This document shows positions 1-12,227 of a DNA stretch of 64,000 nucleotides, piece after piece (the stretch's first letter is position 1; every line of letters begins with the position of its first letter). The position numbers and the translations under genes are program-made. Location: the NCBI GenBank assembly GCA_963706895.1, contig CAVPNV010000009.1, positions 116,056 to 180,055 on the forward strand, written 5' to 3'. A model generated the notes under the pieces. The model made no database searches, had not been told where the DNA came from, and saw nothing but the letters and a program-made list of their open reading frames with translations. The stretch comes from an uncultured Gammaproteobacteria bacterium. GTDB taxonomy: Bacteria; Pseudomonadota; Gammaproteobacteria; Steroidobacterales; Steroidobacteraceae.

Positions 1-22
1 ACCGTCGAGCTGGAGATTTCCG

Positions 23-3000
23 ATGAGCAGCCCGGCCGAGCGGATCGACAAGTTGGCGGCAGCCGAGCGCGGACCCCTGCGCTTCGTAAGCGCGGCCTCG
101 CTCTTCGATGGCCATGACGCGGCCATCAACATCATCCGCCGCATCCTCCAGTCGCATGGAGCCGAAGTCGTGCACCTCGGCCACAACCGGAGCGTCGCCG
201 ACATCGTCCGGGCGGCCATCCAGGAGGACGCCGACGGCATCGCTGTCAGCAGCTACCAGGGCGGCCACAACGAGTACTTCCGTTACATGGTCGACATGCT
301 GAAGGCGGAGGGCGCCGGGCACGTGAGAGTCGTGGTCGGCGGCGGCGGCACGATTGCCCCGCACGAGGTGTCCGAACTCGAGGCCTACGGCATCGAGAAG
401 ATCTATACGCCGGACGACGGGCTCCGGCTGGGCCTCGACGGCATGATCGAGGATGTCTTCCGGCGCGTTCGCGCGACGCCACGGCCTGCATTCGAGGGCA
501 GCGCCGTCGCGGCCGACGACCCGGTCAGGCTCGCTCGCGCGATCACGCTACTGGAGCTCGGCGGCGACGAGACTGCCGTCGCACGGTTGCGCGGCCTCGC
601 TGCGAAGACGCTGAACCGGCCGCCCGTGCTCGGCATTACCGGCACCGGCGGCGCCGGCAAGTCGTCGCTGACCGACGAGCTGCTCAATCGCATCGTGCGC
701 TTCTTCCCCGACCGTCGCGTCGCCGTCGTCGCGATGGACCCGACGCGGCGCCGATCGGGAGGGGCGCTGCTCGGTGACCGGATCCGCATGAACTCGCTGG
801 CGAACGAGCAGATCTTCATGCGCTCGCTCGCGACCCGGCGCCAGCACCTCGCGACTTCCGCGGTGCTTGCCGACACCGTCCAGTTGATGAAGGCCGCAGG
901 CTTCGACCTGATCGTCGTCGAGACTGCGGGCATCGGGCAGAGCGACACCGAGATCGTCGACCTGGTCGACCTTTCGATGTACGTCATGACCGCGGACTAT
1001 GGCGCCGCAAGCCAGCTCGAGAAGATCGACATGCTGGATTTTGCGGACTTCATCGTCCTGAACAAGTTCGAGAAGCGGGGCGCCGAGGACGCGCTGCGCG
1101 ACGTGCGCAAGCAAGTGGCGCGAAACCGCAAGCTGTTCAAGACGCCGCCTGAGCAGCTGCCCGTCTACCCGACGATCGCCAGCCAGTTCAACGACGCGGG
1201 AGTCAATACACTTTTCGGTGCGCTCTGCGCAAAGCTGCAGGAGCAGTGGGGACGCCTGCGGCCGTGGAAGCCGGAGAACCTCACGCCGGTCGGGCCGCCG
1301 ACACGCCAGGCGCTCATCCCTGGCTCGCGGGTCCGCTACCTTGCGGAGATCGCGGGGGAGGGGCGCGGAGCACAGCGCGCCGCGATGGCGGCGGCCGAGG
1401 CAGCGGGGCGCGCGCACGGACTCTATCGCGCACTGGCCGCGCTCGGCGATGCGGGCCTTCCTGCGCCGCTCGAGCGCTGCGGCGATGCCGCGCTTGCGGA
1501 CCGCGACGCGACCGCCACCCGGCTTCGGCGTGAATACAATGCGGCGCTGGACGAGATCGGGGCGGAGGGCATTGCGCTGCTCAGGGACTGGCCGGCGCGG
1601 CGGGAGGCGGCGGCTGCCGATGAGTTCAGCTATCGGGTGCGCGATCGCGAAGTGCGCGGGCCGAACTACAGCGAATCACTCTCGCACCTGCGCTTGCCGA
1701 AGATCGCAACGCCGCGCTTTGACGACTGGGGCGCGCAACTCGCTTTTCTGCTGACGGAAAACCTGCCGGGCGCCTATCCCTACACGGGCGGCATCTACCC
1801 CTATCGGCGCGAAGACGAGGATCCGACGCGCATGTTTGCGGGCGAGGGCATGCCCGAGCGAACCAACCGGCGATTCCACTATCTCGCGCGGGGCCACCAG
1901 GCGACCCGGCTCTCGACGGCCTTCGATTCAACCACGCTCTACGGCGAGGACCCCGACGAGCGTCCCGACATCTACGGCCGCATCGGCAACTCCGGCGTTT
2001 CGATTGCGTCGCTCGACGACATGAAGCGGCTTTACTCCGGGTTCAACCTTTGCGCACCGTCGACATCGGTCTCGATGACGATCAACGGGCCGGCGCCGAT
2101 GATCCTCGCAATGTTCATGAACACCGCCGTGGACCAGCAGGTCGAGAGGCACCTGCGGGATAGCGGTCGCTGGCCCGAGGCCGAGGCGAAGATCGGGAAG
2201 TTGTTCGCCGGGCGCGAACGTCCGCGTCTACCGCGGTGAACTGCCCGCGGGCCACGACGGCAGCGGCCTGGGGCTACTCGGCGTGAGCGGCGATGCGGTG
2301 GTCGACGCCGAGACGTACGCGAAGATCCGGGCAGACGCGCTCGCGCGGGTGCGTGGCACGGTGCAAGCCGACATCCTCAAGGAGGACCAGGCCCAGAACA
2401 CCTGCATCTTCTCGACCGAATTCGCGCTGCGCATGATGGGCGATGTCCAGCAGTTCTTCAGCGACAACCGCGTGCGGAATTTCTACTCGGTCTCGATTTC
2501 CGGCTACCACATCGCGGAAGCGGGGGCGAATCCTGTTTCGCAACTCGCATTCACGCTGGCGAACGGATTCACGATCGTCGAGTACTACCTGTCGCGCGGG
2601 ATGAAGGTCGACGATTTCGCGCCCAAACCTCTCCTTCTTCTTCTCCAACGGAATGGATCCCGAATACGCGGTGATCGGCCGCGTCGCCCGCCGGATCTGG
2701 GCGCGCGCGATGCGCGATCGCTACGCCGCCTCGCCGCGCAGCCAGATGCTCAAGTACCACGTGCAGACGTCCGGTCGGTCGCTGCACGCACGCGAGATCC
2801 AGTTCAACGACATCCGCACGACGCTACAGGCGATGTACGCGCTCTTCGACAGCTGCAACAGCCTGCACACGAATGCCTACGACGAAGCGATCACGACGCC
2901 GACGGAGGAGAGCGTGCGCCGGGCCGTGGCGATCCAGCTCATCATCGCGCGCGAACTCGGGCTCAACCAGAACCAGAATCCCTGGCAGGGATCATTCGCG

Positions 3001-3456
3001 GTCGAGCGGCTGACCGACATGGTCGAGGAGGCGGTCTACGCGGAGTTCGAGAGCCTGTCCGAGCGCGGCGGTGTCCTGGGCGCGATGGAGACGATGTACC
3101 AGCGCGGGAAGATCCAGGAAGAGTCGCTCTACTATGAGCACAAGAAGCACGATGGCAGCCTGCCGATCATCGGCGTGAACACCTTCCTGCCCGAGCGTGG
3201 CGCAGGCGACGAGATCAGGAATGCCGAACTCATCCGCTCGACCGAGGAAGAAAAGGCGGCGCAGGTCATCGCGGTCCGCGCGTACAACGATGCGCACGCC
3301 GCGGTGCAGGAGCCGGCGCTCAGGAAGCTGCAGGTTACGGCCGCTGCCGGTGGCAACGTGTTCGGCGAGCTGATGGAGACCGTGAAGTCCGCGTCGCTTG
3401 GACGTATCTCACGCGCGCTCTACGCCGTCGGGGGCCAGTACCGCCGTAACATGTAG
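23..3456 (+). CDS. icmF: Fused isobutyryl-CoA mutase IcmF (B12-binding domain + MeaB-like GTPase + mutase barrel). The frame is broken twice as given, near 2215-2285 and at the A-run 2625-2627.
   Basis: ORFs 23..2239, 2283..~2640 and 2653..3456 join colinearly. N-terminal cobalamin-binding fold ([28 protein letters not shown]). P-loop [13 protein letters not shown] plus NKFEKRG. Mutase core ([48 protein letters not shown] after removing one A), ending GGQYRRNM*. Confidence 0.85.
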
Positions 3457-3474
3457 CAGACGCCTGAGTCTCTG

Positions 3475-3497
3475 CTGGAGGGGAGCGTCCCCACCAG
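3475..3497. terminator. GC-rich hairpin between the convergent icmF and acyltransferase genes; possible bidirectional terminator.
   Basis: CTGGAGGGGA-gcg-TCCCCACCAG. Nine of 10 stem positions pair (one A.A mismatch) around a 3-nt loop. It lies in the 48-nt gap between two stop codons. No clear U-tract. Confidence 0.3.
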
Positions 3498-3504
3498 CCA
3501 CCTG

Positions 3505-4221
3505 TCAAAGCACCGGCTCATCCAGAGCTGCTCCAATCCTCTGCCGCGCAGAATCGCGCAGTTGCGTCGCGGTATCGCCGCCGCCCGTCCGGGCCGGCAG
3601 CGGCTCGAGCACCTCGACCTCGATGCGGCCCCAGCGCGGCAGGATGCTGCCTTCGCCTAGCACGTGGCGCGTGCCCCGGATCGCAATCGGCGCGACCGGC
3701 ACCCCTGCGCGTGCGGCCGCTGCAAAGGCACCGCCGTGGAAGCGGGCGAGGCCGGGCTCTGGGTTGAACGTGCCTTCGGGAAAAAACGCGATTGCCTGGC
3801 CCTGCTCAACCGAGCGCAGGATGCGCCGCGCGTCACCGCCGCCTTCGTGGCGATTGCGCCGTTCAACGAAGTGATGGCCGAGCCGCTTCAGCATGAAACC
3901 CGCGATTGGCAGCCGCGAAGCTTCCTTCTTGATCACGAACCCGAAGCGTGGCGGCAGGTACGAGAAGAGGAGTGGTCCGTCGAGATAGCTCGCGTGGTTC
4001 GCGACGATGATGCAGGTGGTGGAAGGCAACCGCTCGAGGCCCACGATGCGAACCGGCAGCCCGCCGAGCAGGAAAATGGCCCTGCCGAAGGCTCCCGCGG
4101 CTGCGCGGCGAGACTCCAGCCTCGGCAGGGCGAGGATCGGCAGAGTCACCAGCAGGAGGAGCGCAACGGCCAGCAACAGGACCCAGATCGCCCACAGCAA
4201 CCGGAGCGGATTCCACGTCAT
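3505..4221 (-). CDS. 1-acyl-sn-glycerol-3-phosphate acyltransferase family protein (PlsC-type), intact.
   Basis: 238-aa ORF with an N-terminal TM helix. Acyltransferase motifs IIVANHASYLDG (HX4D) and AFFPEGTF. Confidence 0.8.
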   Translation of the reverse strand: MTWNPLRLLWAIWVLLLAVALLLLVTLPILALPRLESRRAAAGAFGRAIFLLGGLPVRIVGLERLPSTTCIIVANHASYLDGPLLFSYLPPRFGFVIKKEASRLPIAGFMLKRLGHHFVERRNRHEGGGDARRILRSVEQGQAIAFFPEGTFNPEPGLARFHGGAFAAAARAGVPVAPIAIRGTRHVLGEGSILPRWGRIEVEVLEPLPARTGGGDTATQLRDSARQRIGAALDEPVL

Positions 4222-4400
4222 TGCGGACGGCTCCGAAGCGCGAACGGGTACTGTGAACTGGTTCCGGTTATGTTAATGGTCATGGGGGTCTGTGAGACCG
4301 GTCACGTTCGACCGCATCCGGGCCAAACCATACTGCGTCTGCATTCTGTCGCACCAGCCCGCCTTGCGCGATTCCGCGGCGGCGCGGCCGTCCGCGACGG

Positions 4401-5375
4401 TTGCAAGGCAGGTCCATGAGCGCAGCTATGAAGTCTTCGACATCGGTGCGTGCGGCGACACTCGCGACTGCAAGCGGGTCAGACGAAGCCGTCGAGCCGA
4501 TGATCGTGCGTTTTCTCGACGCGGTCTGGATGGAGCGCGGTCTCTCGCCGAATACGCTCGCCGCGTATCGCGCCGACCTGACCGCGCTGTCGCGCTGGCT
4601 GCGCCAGCGAGGCACCGTGCTCGAGCGCACGACGCGCAATGACCTCCTCGGATTCATCGCCTGGCGCGTGGAGACGGGTGCCCGCCCGCGTTCTACGGCA
4701 CGACAGCTCTCGAGCTTCCGCCGCTTCTTCCGGTATCTCGTTCGCGAGAGCGTGGTCAAGGAGGACCCGACCGCGCAGATCGCCATGCCGAAGATCGGCC
4801 GGTCGCTGCCGCGTTCGCTGACGGAGGCGCAGGTCGATTCGTTGCTGGCAGCGCCGCAGACGAGCGACCCGCTTGGCCATCGTGACCGGACGATGCTCGA
4901 AGTGCTGTACGCAACGGGACTGCGCGTCTCCGAGCTCGTGAGCCTCAGGCACAGCCAGGTCAACCTGAACCAGGGCGTGCTCCGCATCGTCGGCAAGGGC
5001 AATCGCGAGCGCCTGATCCCGCTCGGTGAAGAGGCCGTGCGCTGGCTGACGGAATTCATGCGCGGCGCACGAAGCGAGATCCTGCTCGACCGCCAGACCG
5101 ATCACCTGTTTCCGACGCGGCGCGGCGACCGGATGACGCGCCAGGCGTTCTGGCACATCATCAAGCGCTATGCGAAGAAGGGCGGCGTCGAAAAAGAGCT
5201 CTCCCCTCATACGCTGCGGCATGCCTTTGCGACCCATCTCCTGAACCATGGCGCGGACCTGCGCGTCGTGCAGATGCTCCTCGGCCATAGCGACCTGTCC
5301 ACGACGCAGATCTACACGCACGTGGCGCGGGAGCGCATGAAGGAACTCCACGCGCAGCACCACCCGCGCGGCTGA
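4401..5375 (+). CDS. xerD: Tyrosine site-specific recombinase XerD, intact. The start is uncertain; internal Met codons lie at 4416 and 4428.
   Basis: FLDAVWMERGLSPNTLAAYRADL N-terminal core-binding domain. Catalytic C-terminus LRHAFATHLL...LLGHSDLSTTQIYTHV. Followed by dsbC, as in many proteobacteria. Confidence 0.85.
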   Translation: MQGRSMSAAMKSSTSVRAATLATASGSDEAVEPMIVRFLDAVWMERGLSPNTLAAYRADLTALSRWLRQRGTVLERTTRNDLLGFIAWRVETGARPRSTARQLSSFRRFFRYLVRESVVKEDPTAQIAMPKIGRSLPRSLTEAQVDSLLAAPQTSDPLGHRDRTMLEVLYATGLRVSELVSLRHSQVNLNQGVLRIVGKGNRERLIPLGEEAVRWLTEFMRGARSEILLDRQTDHLFPTRRGDRMTRQAFWHIIKRYAKKGGVEKELSPHTLRHAFATHLLNHGADLRVVQMLLGHSDLSTTQIYTHVARERMKELHAQHHPRG

Positions 5376-5451
5376 TAAACTGCCGGCCTGGACCCGAACT
5401 GCGGCCCGGGCGTGGGGTCGAAGCAGGGTCGAACTCACCCGAGGGGCCCGC

Positions 5452-6198
5452 GTGCCGATGATCCGTAGCTTGCTCATTCCAGTCGCTGCCTCGCTTGCGC
5501 TTGCAGGCTCGGGCCAGGCCGCACCGCCGGCGGCGTCACCCGACGTTCGTGCCGAGATTGCGAAAAGGCTCGACATCAAGGTCGAGAACATCCGCCCGTC
5601 GCCGATCGCCGGGCTCTATGAAGTCAGTTCGGGAACCGAGATCGGCTATGTCTCAGCCGATGGCCGCTTCTACGTCGACGGCGACGTTTTCGACATGAGC
5701 TCAAAGCACAACCTGACCGAGGACAAGCGCAAGCAGGGACGGCTCACGCTACTCGCGGGCCTCAAGGACAGTGACGCGATCGTGTTCTCCCCGAAGGGCG
5801 CGGTCGAGCACACGGTCACCGTGTTCACCGACGTCGACTGCGTGTATTGCCGTCAGATGCACCAGGAAATCGACGAGCTCAATCGGCACGGGATCCGCGT
5901 CCGCTATCTGATGTTCCCGCGGGGCGGCCCCGACACCGAGTCCTGGGGCAAGGCCGAATCCGTGTGGTGCAGCGCCGACCGGAAGGATGCGCTGACACGC
6001 GCGAAGCGCGGCGAGAAGCTCGCGCCCGGCCGCTGCGAAACTCCAATCGCCGCCCAGTACGAGCTCGGTCGCCAGCTGGGAGTCAGCGGTACGCCCGGCA
6101 TCATTACGGAGACGGGCGAGTTCCTCGCAGGCTATGCGTCTGCAGCCTATCTCGCAGCCTATCTCGAGGAACCGGCGGCTACGGCCGCGACGAACTGA
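5452..6198 (+). CDS. dsbC: Periplasmic thiol:disulfide interchange protein DsbC, intact.
   Basis: Signal peptide LLIPVAASLALAGSGQA. Thioredoxin-fold CxxC in FTDVDCVYCRQMH. DsbC-like dimerisation N-terminus. GTPGIITETGEF near the C-terminus. Confidence 0.8.
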   Translation: MPMIRSLLIPVAASLALAGSGQAAPPAASPDVRAEIAKRLDIKVENIRPSPIAGLYEVSSGTEIGYVSADGRFYVDGDVFDMSSKHNLTEDKRKQGRLTLLAGLKDSDAIVFSPKGAVEHTVTVFTDVDCVYCRQMHQEIDELNRHGIRVRYLMFPRGGPDTESWGKAESVWCSADRKDALTRAKRGEKLAPGRCETPIAAQYELGRQLGVSGTPGIITETGEFLAGYASAAYLAAYLEEPAATAATN

Positions 6199-6201
6199 TA
6201 C

Positions 6202-6525
6202 TCACCGCTCGAGCAGCGGGAGCTTGTCCGGAACTTCCTTCCACGCGTCGGCATCGGCCGGCGGTTCCTTGCGCTGCGTGATGACTGGCCATTCCTTGGC
6301 GAGCTCCGCGTTGAGCGCCAGGAACTGTTCCTGCCCGGCGGGAACCTCCTCTTCCGAAAAAATCGCGTCGACCGGGCATTCCGGCTCGCAAAGCGTGCAG
6401 TCGATGCACTCCTCGGGGTCGATCACCAGGAAATTGGGTCCTTCGTGGAAACAATCCACGGGACAGACTTCCACGCAATCCATGTACTTGCACTTGATGC
6501 AGGTTTCGGTGACGACGAAGGTCAT
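6202..6525 (-). CDS. fdxA: 7Fe ferredoxin (FdxA type), intact.
   Basis: [29 protein letters not shown]...[16 protein letters not shown], the classic [3Fe-4S][4Fe-4S] ferredoxin cysteine pattern. I chose the start at MTFVV inside ORF 6202..6546. Confidence 0.9.
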   Translation of the reverse strand: MTFVVTETCIKCKYMDCVEVCPVDCFHEGPNFLVIDPEECIDCTLCEPECPVDAIFSEEEVPAGQEQFLALNAELAKEWPVITQRKEPPADADAWKEVPDKLPLLER

Positions 6526-6592
6526 GCGGCAGTTCCGGCGGCCCACCCGCTTTCGGAGCGGCGCATTGTGCCATAGCGCCGCCGATTCCCGG

Positions 6593-7121
6593 TCAGGCGA
6601 TCGTATGGAAGTGCAGGTTCGCGCGCCCGGCGGCGCGGTCCGCGAAATACCGGTGCAGCGTGTATTCGACGCTGGCGAAGGCGATTTCGGGCCAGGGAAT
6701 CTCCTGCTCGCCGCATAGCTTCGTTTCGAGGCTCTCGTGGCCGACGCCGAACGAGGGTTCTGCGAGCGTCGCGCGGAACATGACGTGCACCTGCTCTGCG
6801 TGCAGCACGTGCACGATCGCGCACAGGCTTCCTATCTCGACACGTGCAAGCGCTTCTTCGAGGCACTCGCGCGCCGCGGCCTGCTGCAGGGTCTCGCCCG
6901 TTTCCATGAACCCGGCCGGAATCGTCCAGTAGCCGCGCCGCGGCTCGATCGCGCGGCGGCAGATCAGGATCTGTCCGCCGTATTCCGGGACGCAACCAGT
7001 CACCACCTTGGGATTGCGGTAGTGGATCGCTCCGCAGGACGTGCAGACCGATCGCGGCAAGTGGTCGCCGTCGGGTGATGCGCAGCGTGACTGGCGCGGC
7101 GCAGGTCGGGCAGAACTTCAT
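6593..7121 (-). CDS. NUDIX hydrolase with an N-terminal zinc ribbon. One frame shift near 7077.
   Basis: Nudix box [21 protein letters not shown]. CxxC pairs [10 protein letters not shown] (frame of ORF 6522..7157) and [11 protein letters not shown] (ORF 6593..7060). Removing one base restores ...[18 protein letters not shown]. Confidence 0.75.
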
Positions 7122-7202
7122 CCGATCGATTGTCGTCGCGCGAGACAACGCTGCCAAGGGCGATTCGCGGGCGTCGGAGCGCCGTATACTCCTGCCCCTG
7201 CG

Positions 7203-7289
7203 GCCCGGATGGCGGAATTGGCAGACGCACCAGACTCAAAATCTGGTATCCGAAAGGATGTGTGGGTTCGACCCCCTCTCCGGGCACCA
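7203..7289 (+). tRNA. tRNA-Leu (anticodon CAA).
   Basis: Acceptor stem GCCCGGA/TCCGGGC followed by A and CCA. Anticodon stem-loop CCAGA-CTCAAAA-TCTGG. Long variable arm ATCC-GAAA-GGAT. T-loop TTCGACC, with one T.T mismatch in the T stem. Confidence 0.9.
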
Positions 7290-7343
7290 GCGATTTTCCT
7301 TCCAGCTGCGACCTTTTCGTGCGCCGGGGCATCTAAGCGATCG

Positions 7344-7928
7344 ATGTCCCGAATTTCCGAGATCGACCTGCCCGCCGCGCTTGTCGCGCGGGCGCGGACC
7401 GGCGAATCGGCAGCGCTGGAGGCGGTCTACACCGCGACATCGGGCGCCATCTACACGTTGCTGCGGCGGCTCGTGCGCCGCCCTGCAATCGCAGAAGAGC
7501 TGCTGCAGGAGACCTTTGTCGACGTGATCGAGCACATCGGCGCGTTCGAATCACGCTGCCCGTTGCCGGCCTGGATCCGCGCCATTGCCGTCAATCGCGC
7601 CCTCATGTACCTGCGCTCTCCCTGGCATCGCAGCCTGGAATGGCTCGACAAGGACCCGGGCGGCGCCGACCGCCTCCCGGCGTCCGGCTGCGATCCGGCC
7701 CCGCTCGACGCCGGTCTCGAAAAGGCGCTGATGACGCTGCCGGCCTTGTCCCGCGCCGTCGTCTGGCTGCACGACGTCGAGGGATTCACGCATGCCGACA
7801 TCGGGTTCGCTCTCGGGCGGACACCCAGTTTCTCGAAGTCCCAGCTTTCCCGTGCCCATCGGCGACTGCGCGAACTGATCGGCCCGGACGATATCCTTGC
7901 GGAGGGAACGCCATGCACTCCGACATGA
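7344..7928 (+). CDS. ECF-type RNA polymerase sigma-70 factor, intact.
   Basis: Start at MSRISEIDL inside ORF 7041..7928. Region 2 ELLQETFVDVIEHIGAF...WIRAIAVNRAL. Region 4 HTH VVWLHDVEGFTHADIGFALGRTPSFSKSQLSRAHRRLRE. Confidence 0.85.
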   Translation: MSRISEIDLPAALVARARTGESAALEAVYTATSGAIYTLLRRLVRRPAIAEELLQETFVDVIEHIGAFESRCPLPAWIRAIAVNRALMYLRSPWHRSLEWLDKDPGGADRLPASGCDPAPLDAGLEKALMTLPALSRAVVWLHDVEGFTHADIGFALGRTPSFSKSQLSRAHRRLRELIGPDDILAEGTPCTPT

Positions 7929-8422
7929 GCGAATGGGGCAGGCGTCTCGCGTCGCTCGCGGACTTCGAACCGCCGGCGCCGGGTTGGCGTGCGGTGGTCG
8001 AGGCGCGCGAGGCGCGCGAGGCCCGAATCGACAGGCGCCTGCCGCTCGCGCTTGCGGCAGCCGTGCTGGTCACGGCGACCGGCCTCGCGCTGGTGGCTGA
8101 ATTCGGCTCAACACGCGCTGACCGGCGACACGGACGCCCCGGCGCAGGTCGGCGTGCCCATCGCGGCCGAGGTACGCGCGGAGAACGAACGGCTCGAATC
8201 GATCCTCGCCGCCTTGCCCGAGCAGCACGCCATGCGGGGCAGCACGGCCTTCACCGTGGCGGAGCTCGAGGACCGGCTCGCCTCACTGGACGATCGCCTG
8301 AGCTGTCGTCACGCTCGAGCCGAACGCGCCCGAACGCGCCGATCGCCTGTGGCGGGAGCGCGTCGAGCGTGATGCATTCGCTGGTCCAGGTCCGCTATGC
8401 GGACGCGGCCGGCAACTATTGA
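7913..8422 (+). CDS. Putative single-pass anti-sigma factor (non-ZAS). About 2 frame shifts.
   Basis: The ATG overlaps the sigma-factor stop. MHSDMSEWGRRL... then TM helix LPLALAAAVLVTATGLALVA. The periplasmic part continues in the frame of ORF 7989..8372 (ENERLESILAALPEQHAMRG...ELEDRLASLDDRL) and returns to end ...VQVRYADAAGNY*. The call rests mainly on position and topology. Confidence 0.5.
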   Translation: MHSDMSEWGRRLASLADFEPPAPGWRAVVEAREAREARIDRRLPLALAAAVLVTATGLALVAEFGSTRADRRHGRPGAGRRAHRGRGTRGERTARIDPRRLARAARHAGQHGLHRGGARGPARLTGRSPELSSRSSRTRPNAPIACGGSASSVMHSLVQVRYADAAGNY

Positions 8423-8438
8423 TTCGATGGAGGTCACG

Positions 8439-9395
8439 ATGAATCGCTGGATGGTTGCAATTGTCGCGACGGCGGCATTCGCCGCAGTCTCGGCACCCGC
8501 TTTCTCGCAAGGCGACGACGAGGCATCGGCGGACAAGCGGCTGGCCGATGCACAGCGGCGCCTCGAGGACGCGGCGCGCGAAATCGCGGAGCTGAGTCGC
8601 GAGGCCGCGGGGCCCGGTGCATTCGGGGAATTCAATTACTTCATTCCGAATCCGCGCCGCGCGATGCTCGGCGTGAACCTCGGTGGCACCGTTCCAAACG
8701 GCGGTGGCGTGCGTGTCGAGGGCGTGAGCCCCGGCGGGCCCGCGGCCGAGGCGGGCGTGAAGTCGGGCGACGTGATCGTCGCGATCGAAGCGAAGCCGGT
8801 AACGACCGGACGTGAACTCGTTCGCGCGATGGAGGCCGTCGAGCCCGGTGACAAGGTCGAGCTCGACCTGAAGCGCGATGGAAAGCCGCTCAACGCTCTC
8901 CGTCGAGGCGCGGCCGCTTGACCGTGTGTTCCTCGCGCCTGCCGGCGCGGCGCCGGGCGTACGCGCCGCTCCCGCCGATGCCGCAACTCGCCGGGCTGCC
9001 CTTCGAAGTCGAGGGGCACTGGCTGCTCGAATCCTGGGGCGATGCCGAGTTCGTCACGCTGACGCCGGATCTCGGACGATACTTCGGCGCCGAGAAGGGC
9101 GTGCTCGTCGCGCGCGCGCCGGAGGACGCTGCACTGGGCCTCAAGGACGGCGACGTTATCGTCTCGATCGGCGGGCGGGAACCGCAGAATGGCCGTCACG
9201 CGATGCGCATCCTGCGCTCCTATCAGCCGGGAGAGGCGGTCGAGTTCAGGATCCTGCGCGACCGCCGCACGCAGACGCTTTCTGCGAAAATTCCGGAGCG
9301 TGCGGCCGCACGATGTCCTGCGCCGCTTGGCGCCGCCCCGGCCGCCGGCTCCGCCGGTTGCGCCGCCGCCAGGCGAGGACGCTGCCGCGACCTGA
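8439..9395 (+). CDS. Secreted tandem-PDZ protein with no protease domain. About 2-3 frame shifts; the 3' end is inferred.
   Basis: Signal peptide MNRWMVAIVATAAFAAVSAPAFS. PDZ 1 GVRVEGVSPGGPAAEAGVKSGDVIVAI. PDZ 2 GVLVARAPEDAALGLKDGDVIVSIGG (ORF 8918..9604). The Pro-rich tail and stop at 9395 lie in the frame of ORF 9189..9395. Confidence 0.6.
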
Positions 9396-9428
9396 CTGCG
9401 TCGGGCCCTGTGCTAGTCTGCGCGGCCC

Positions 9429-10483
9429 ATGCGCCGCGCCGACTTTTCCTATCCGCTCCCGCAAGATTTGATCGCCGACCGGCCGCTGCCGCACCGCGGC
9501 GCGAGCCGGCTGCTTGCCCTCGACGGATCGACCGGCGCCGATCAGCGACCTGGAATTCCACGACCTCCGGTCCCTGCTTCGGCCCGGCGACCTCATGGTG
9601 CTGAACGACACGCGAGTGCTGCCGGCGCGCCTGCATGGCCACAAGGAGAGTGGAGGGGCCTGCGAACTCTTGCTTGAGCGAATCCTGGACGGAAACCGGA
9701 TCCTCGCGCAGGCGCGCTCCAGCAAGGGCCTGCGGCCGGGGACGACGGTCACGCTTCCCGCAGGCGCGGTCGCGGTCGCGATCGCCCGCCATGGCGACCT
9801 GTGGGAGCTTGCGCTCGATCGCGACGCACTTCCGTACTTCGAGGAGCACGGCAGCATTCCCTTGCCGCCCTATGTGGCGCGCGCGGCGGATGACGACGGA
9901 CCGCGAGCGTTACCAGACTGTCTACGCGACGGAACCGGGTGCCGTTGCGGCGCCGACTGCCGGACTGCACTTCGATTGCGAGGCGCTCGCTGACCTCGCC
10001 CGCGCCGGAATCATCGATCGAACGGCTGACGCTTCATGTCGGTGCCGGCACCTTTACGCCCTTGCGCGCGGACGACATCGACGCAGCATCGGATGCATGC
10101 CGAGCGCATTCGACGTGCCGGCGGCCGTCGTGTCCGCCGTCGAGTCGGCACGGCGGCGCGGTGGGCGTGTCGTCGCGGTTGGCACGACAGTGGTGCGTGC
10201 CCTCGAAGCCGCCGCCGCCGGCGGCCGGCTCGAAGCCTGCGAAGGCGAGACGGACATCTTCATACGGCCGGGCCATCGATTCCGGGTCGTCGACGCGTTG
10301 CTCACGAACTTCCACTTGCCGGAATCGACGCTGCTGGTCCTGGTCGCCGCCTTCGCGGGGCGCGAGCACGTGTTGGCCGCTTATCATCATGCGATCGCCG
10401 GTCGTTACCGGTTCTTCAGCTACGGAGATGCGATGTTCGTGACGCCGGACCGTGCCGCGCTCGCGGATCGCGCGAACTCTCGC

Positions 10484-10487
<4 letters not shown>
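9429..10487 (+). CDS. queA: S-adenosylmethionine:tRNA ribosyltransferase-isomerase QueA. At least 4 frame shifts. The stop is inferred as a TGA overlapping the tgt ATG.
   Basis: Colinear pieces across three frames: [99 protein letters not shown]. Confidence 0.85.

Positions 10488-12216
<1,729 letters not shown>

Positions 12217-12227
<11 letters not shown>

Noticed and set aside
4401-5375. A tyrosine recombinase as the integrase of a mobile element.
   Set aside because: Its sequence features and length fit chromosomal XerD. It sits in the conserved xerD-dsbC context, and no att-like repeats, phage genes or cargo genes flank it.
7203-9395. tRNA-Leu followed by the ECF sigma cluster as a tRNA-targeted genomic island. 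The same idea applies to tRNA-Ser 39889-39980 plus the kinase gene.
   Set aside because: There is no integrase and no repeat of the tRNA 3' end downstream that I could find by eye. I saw no compositional change either.
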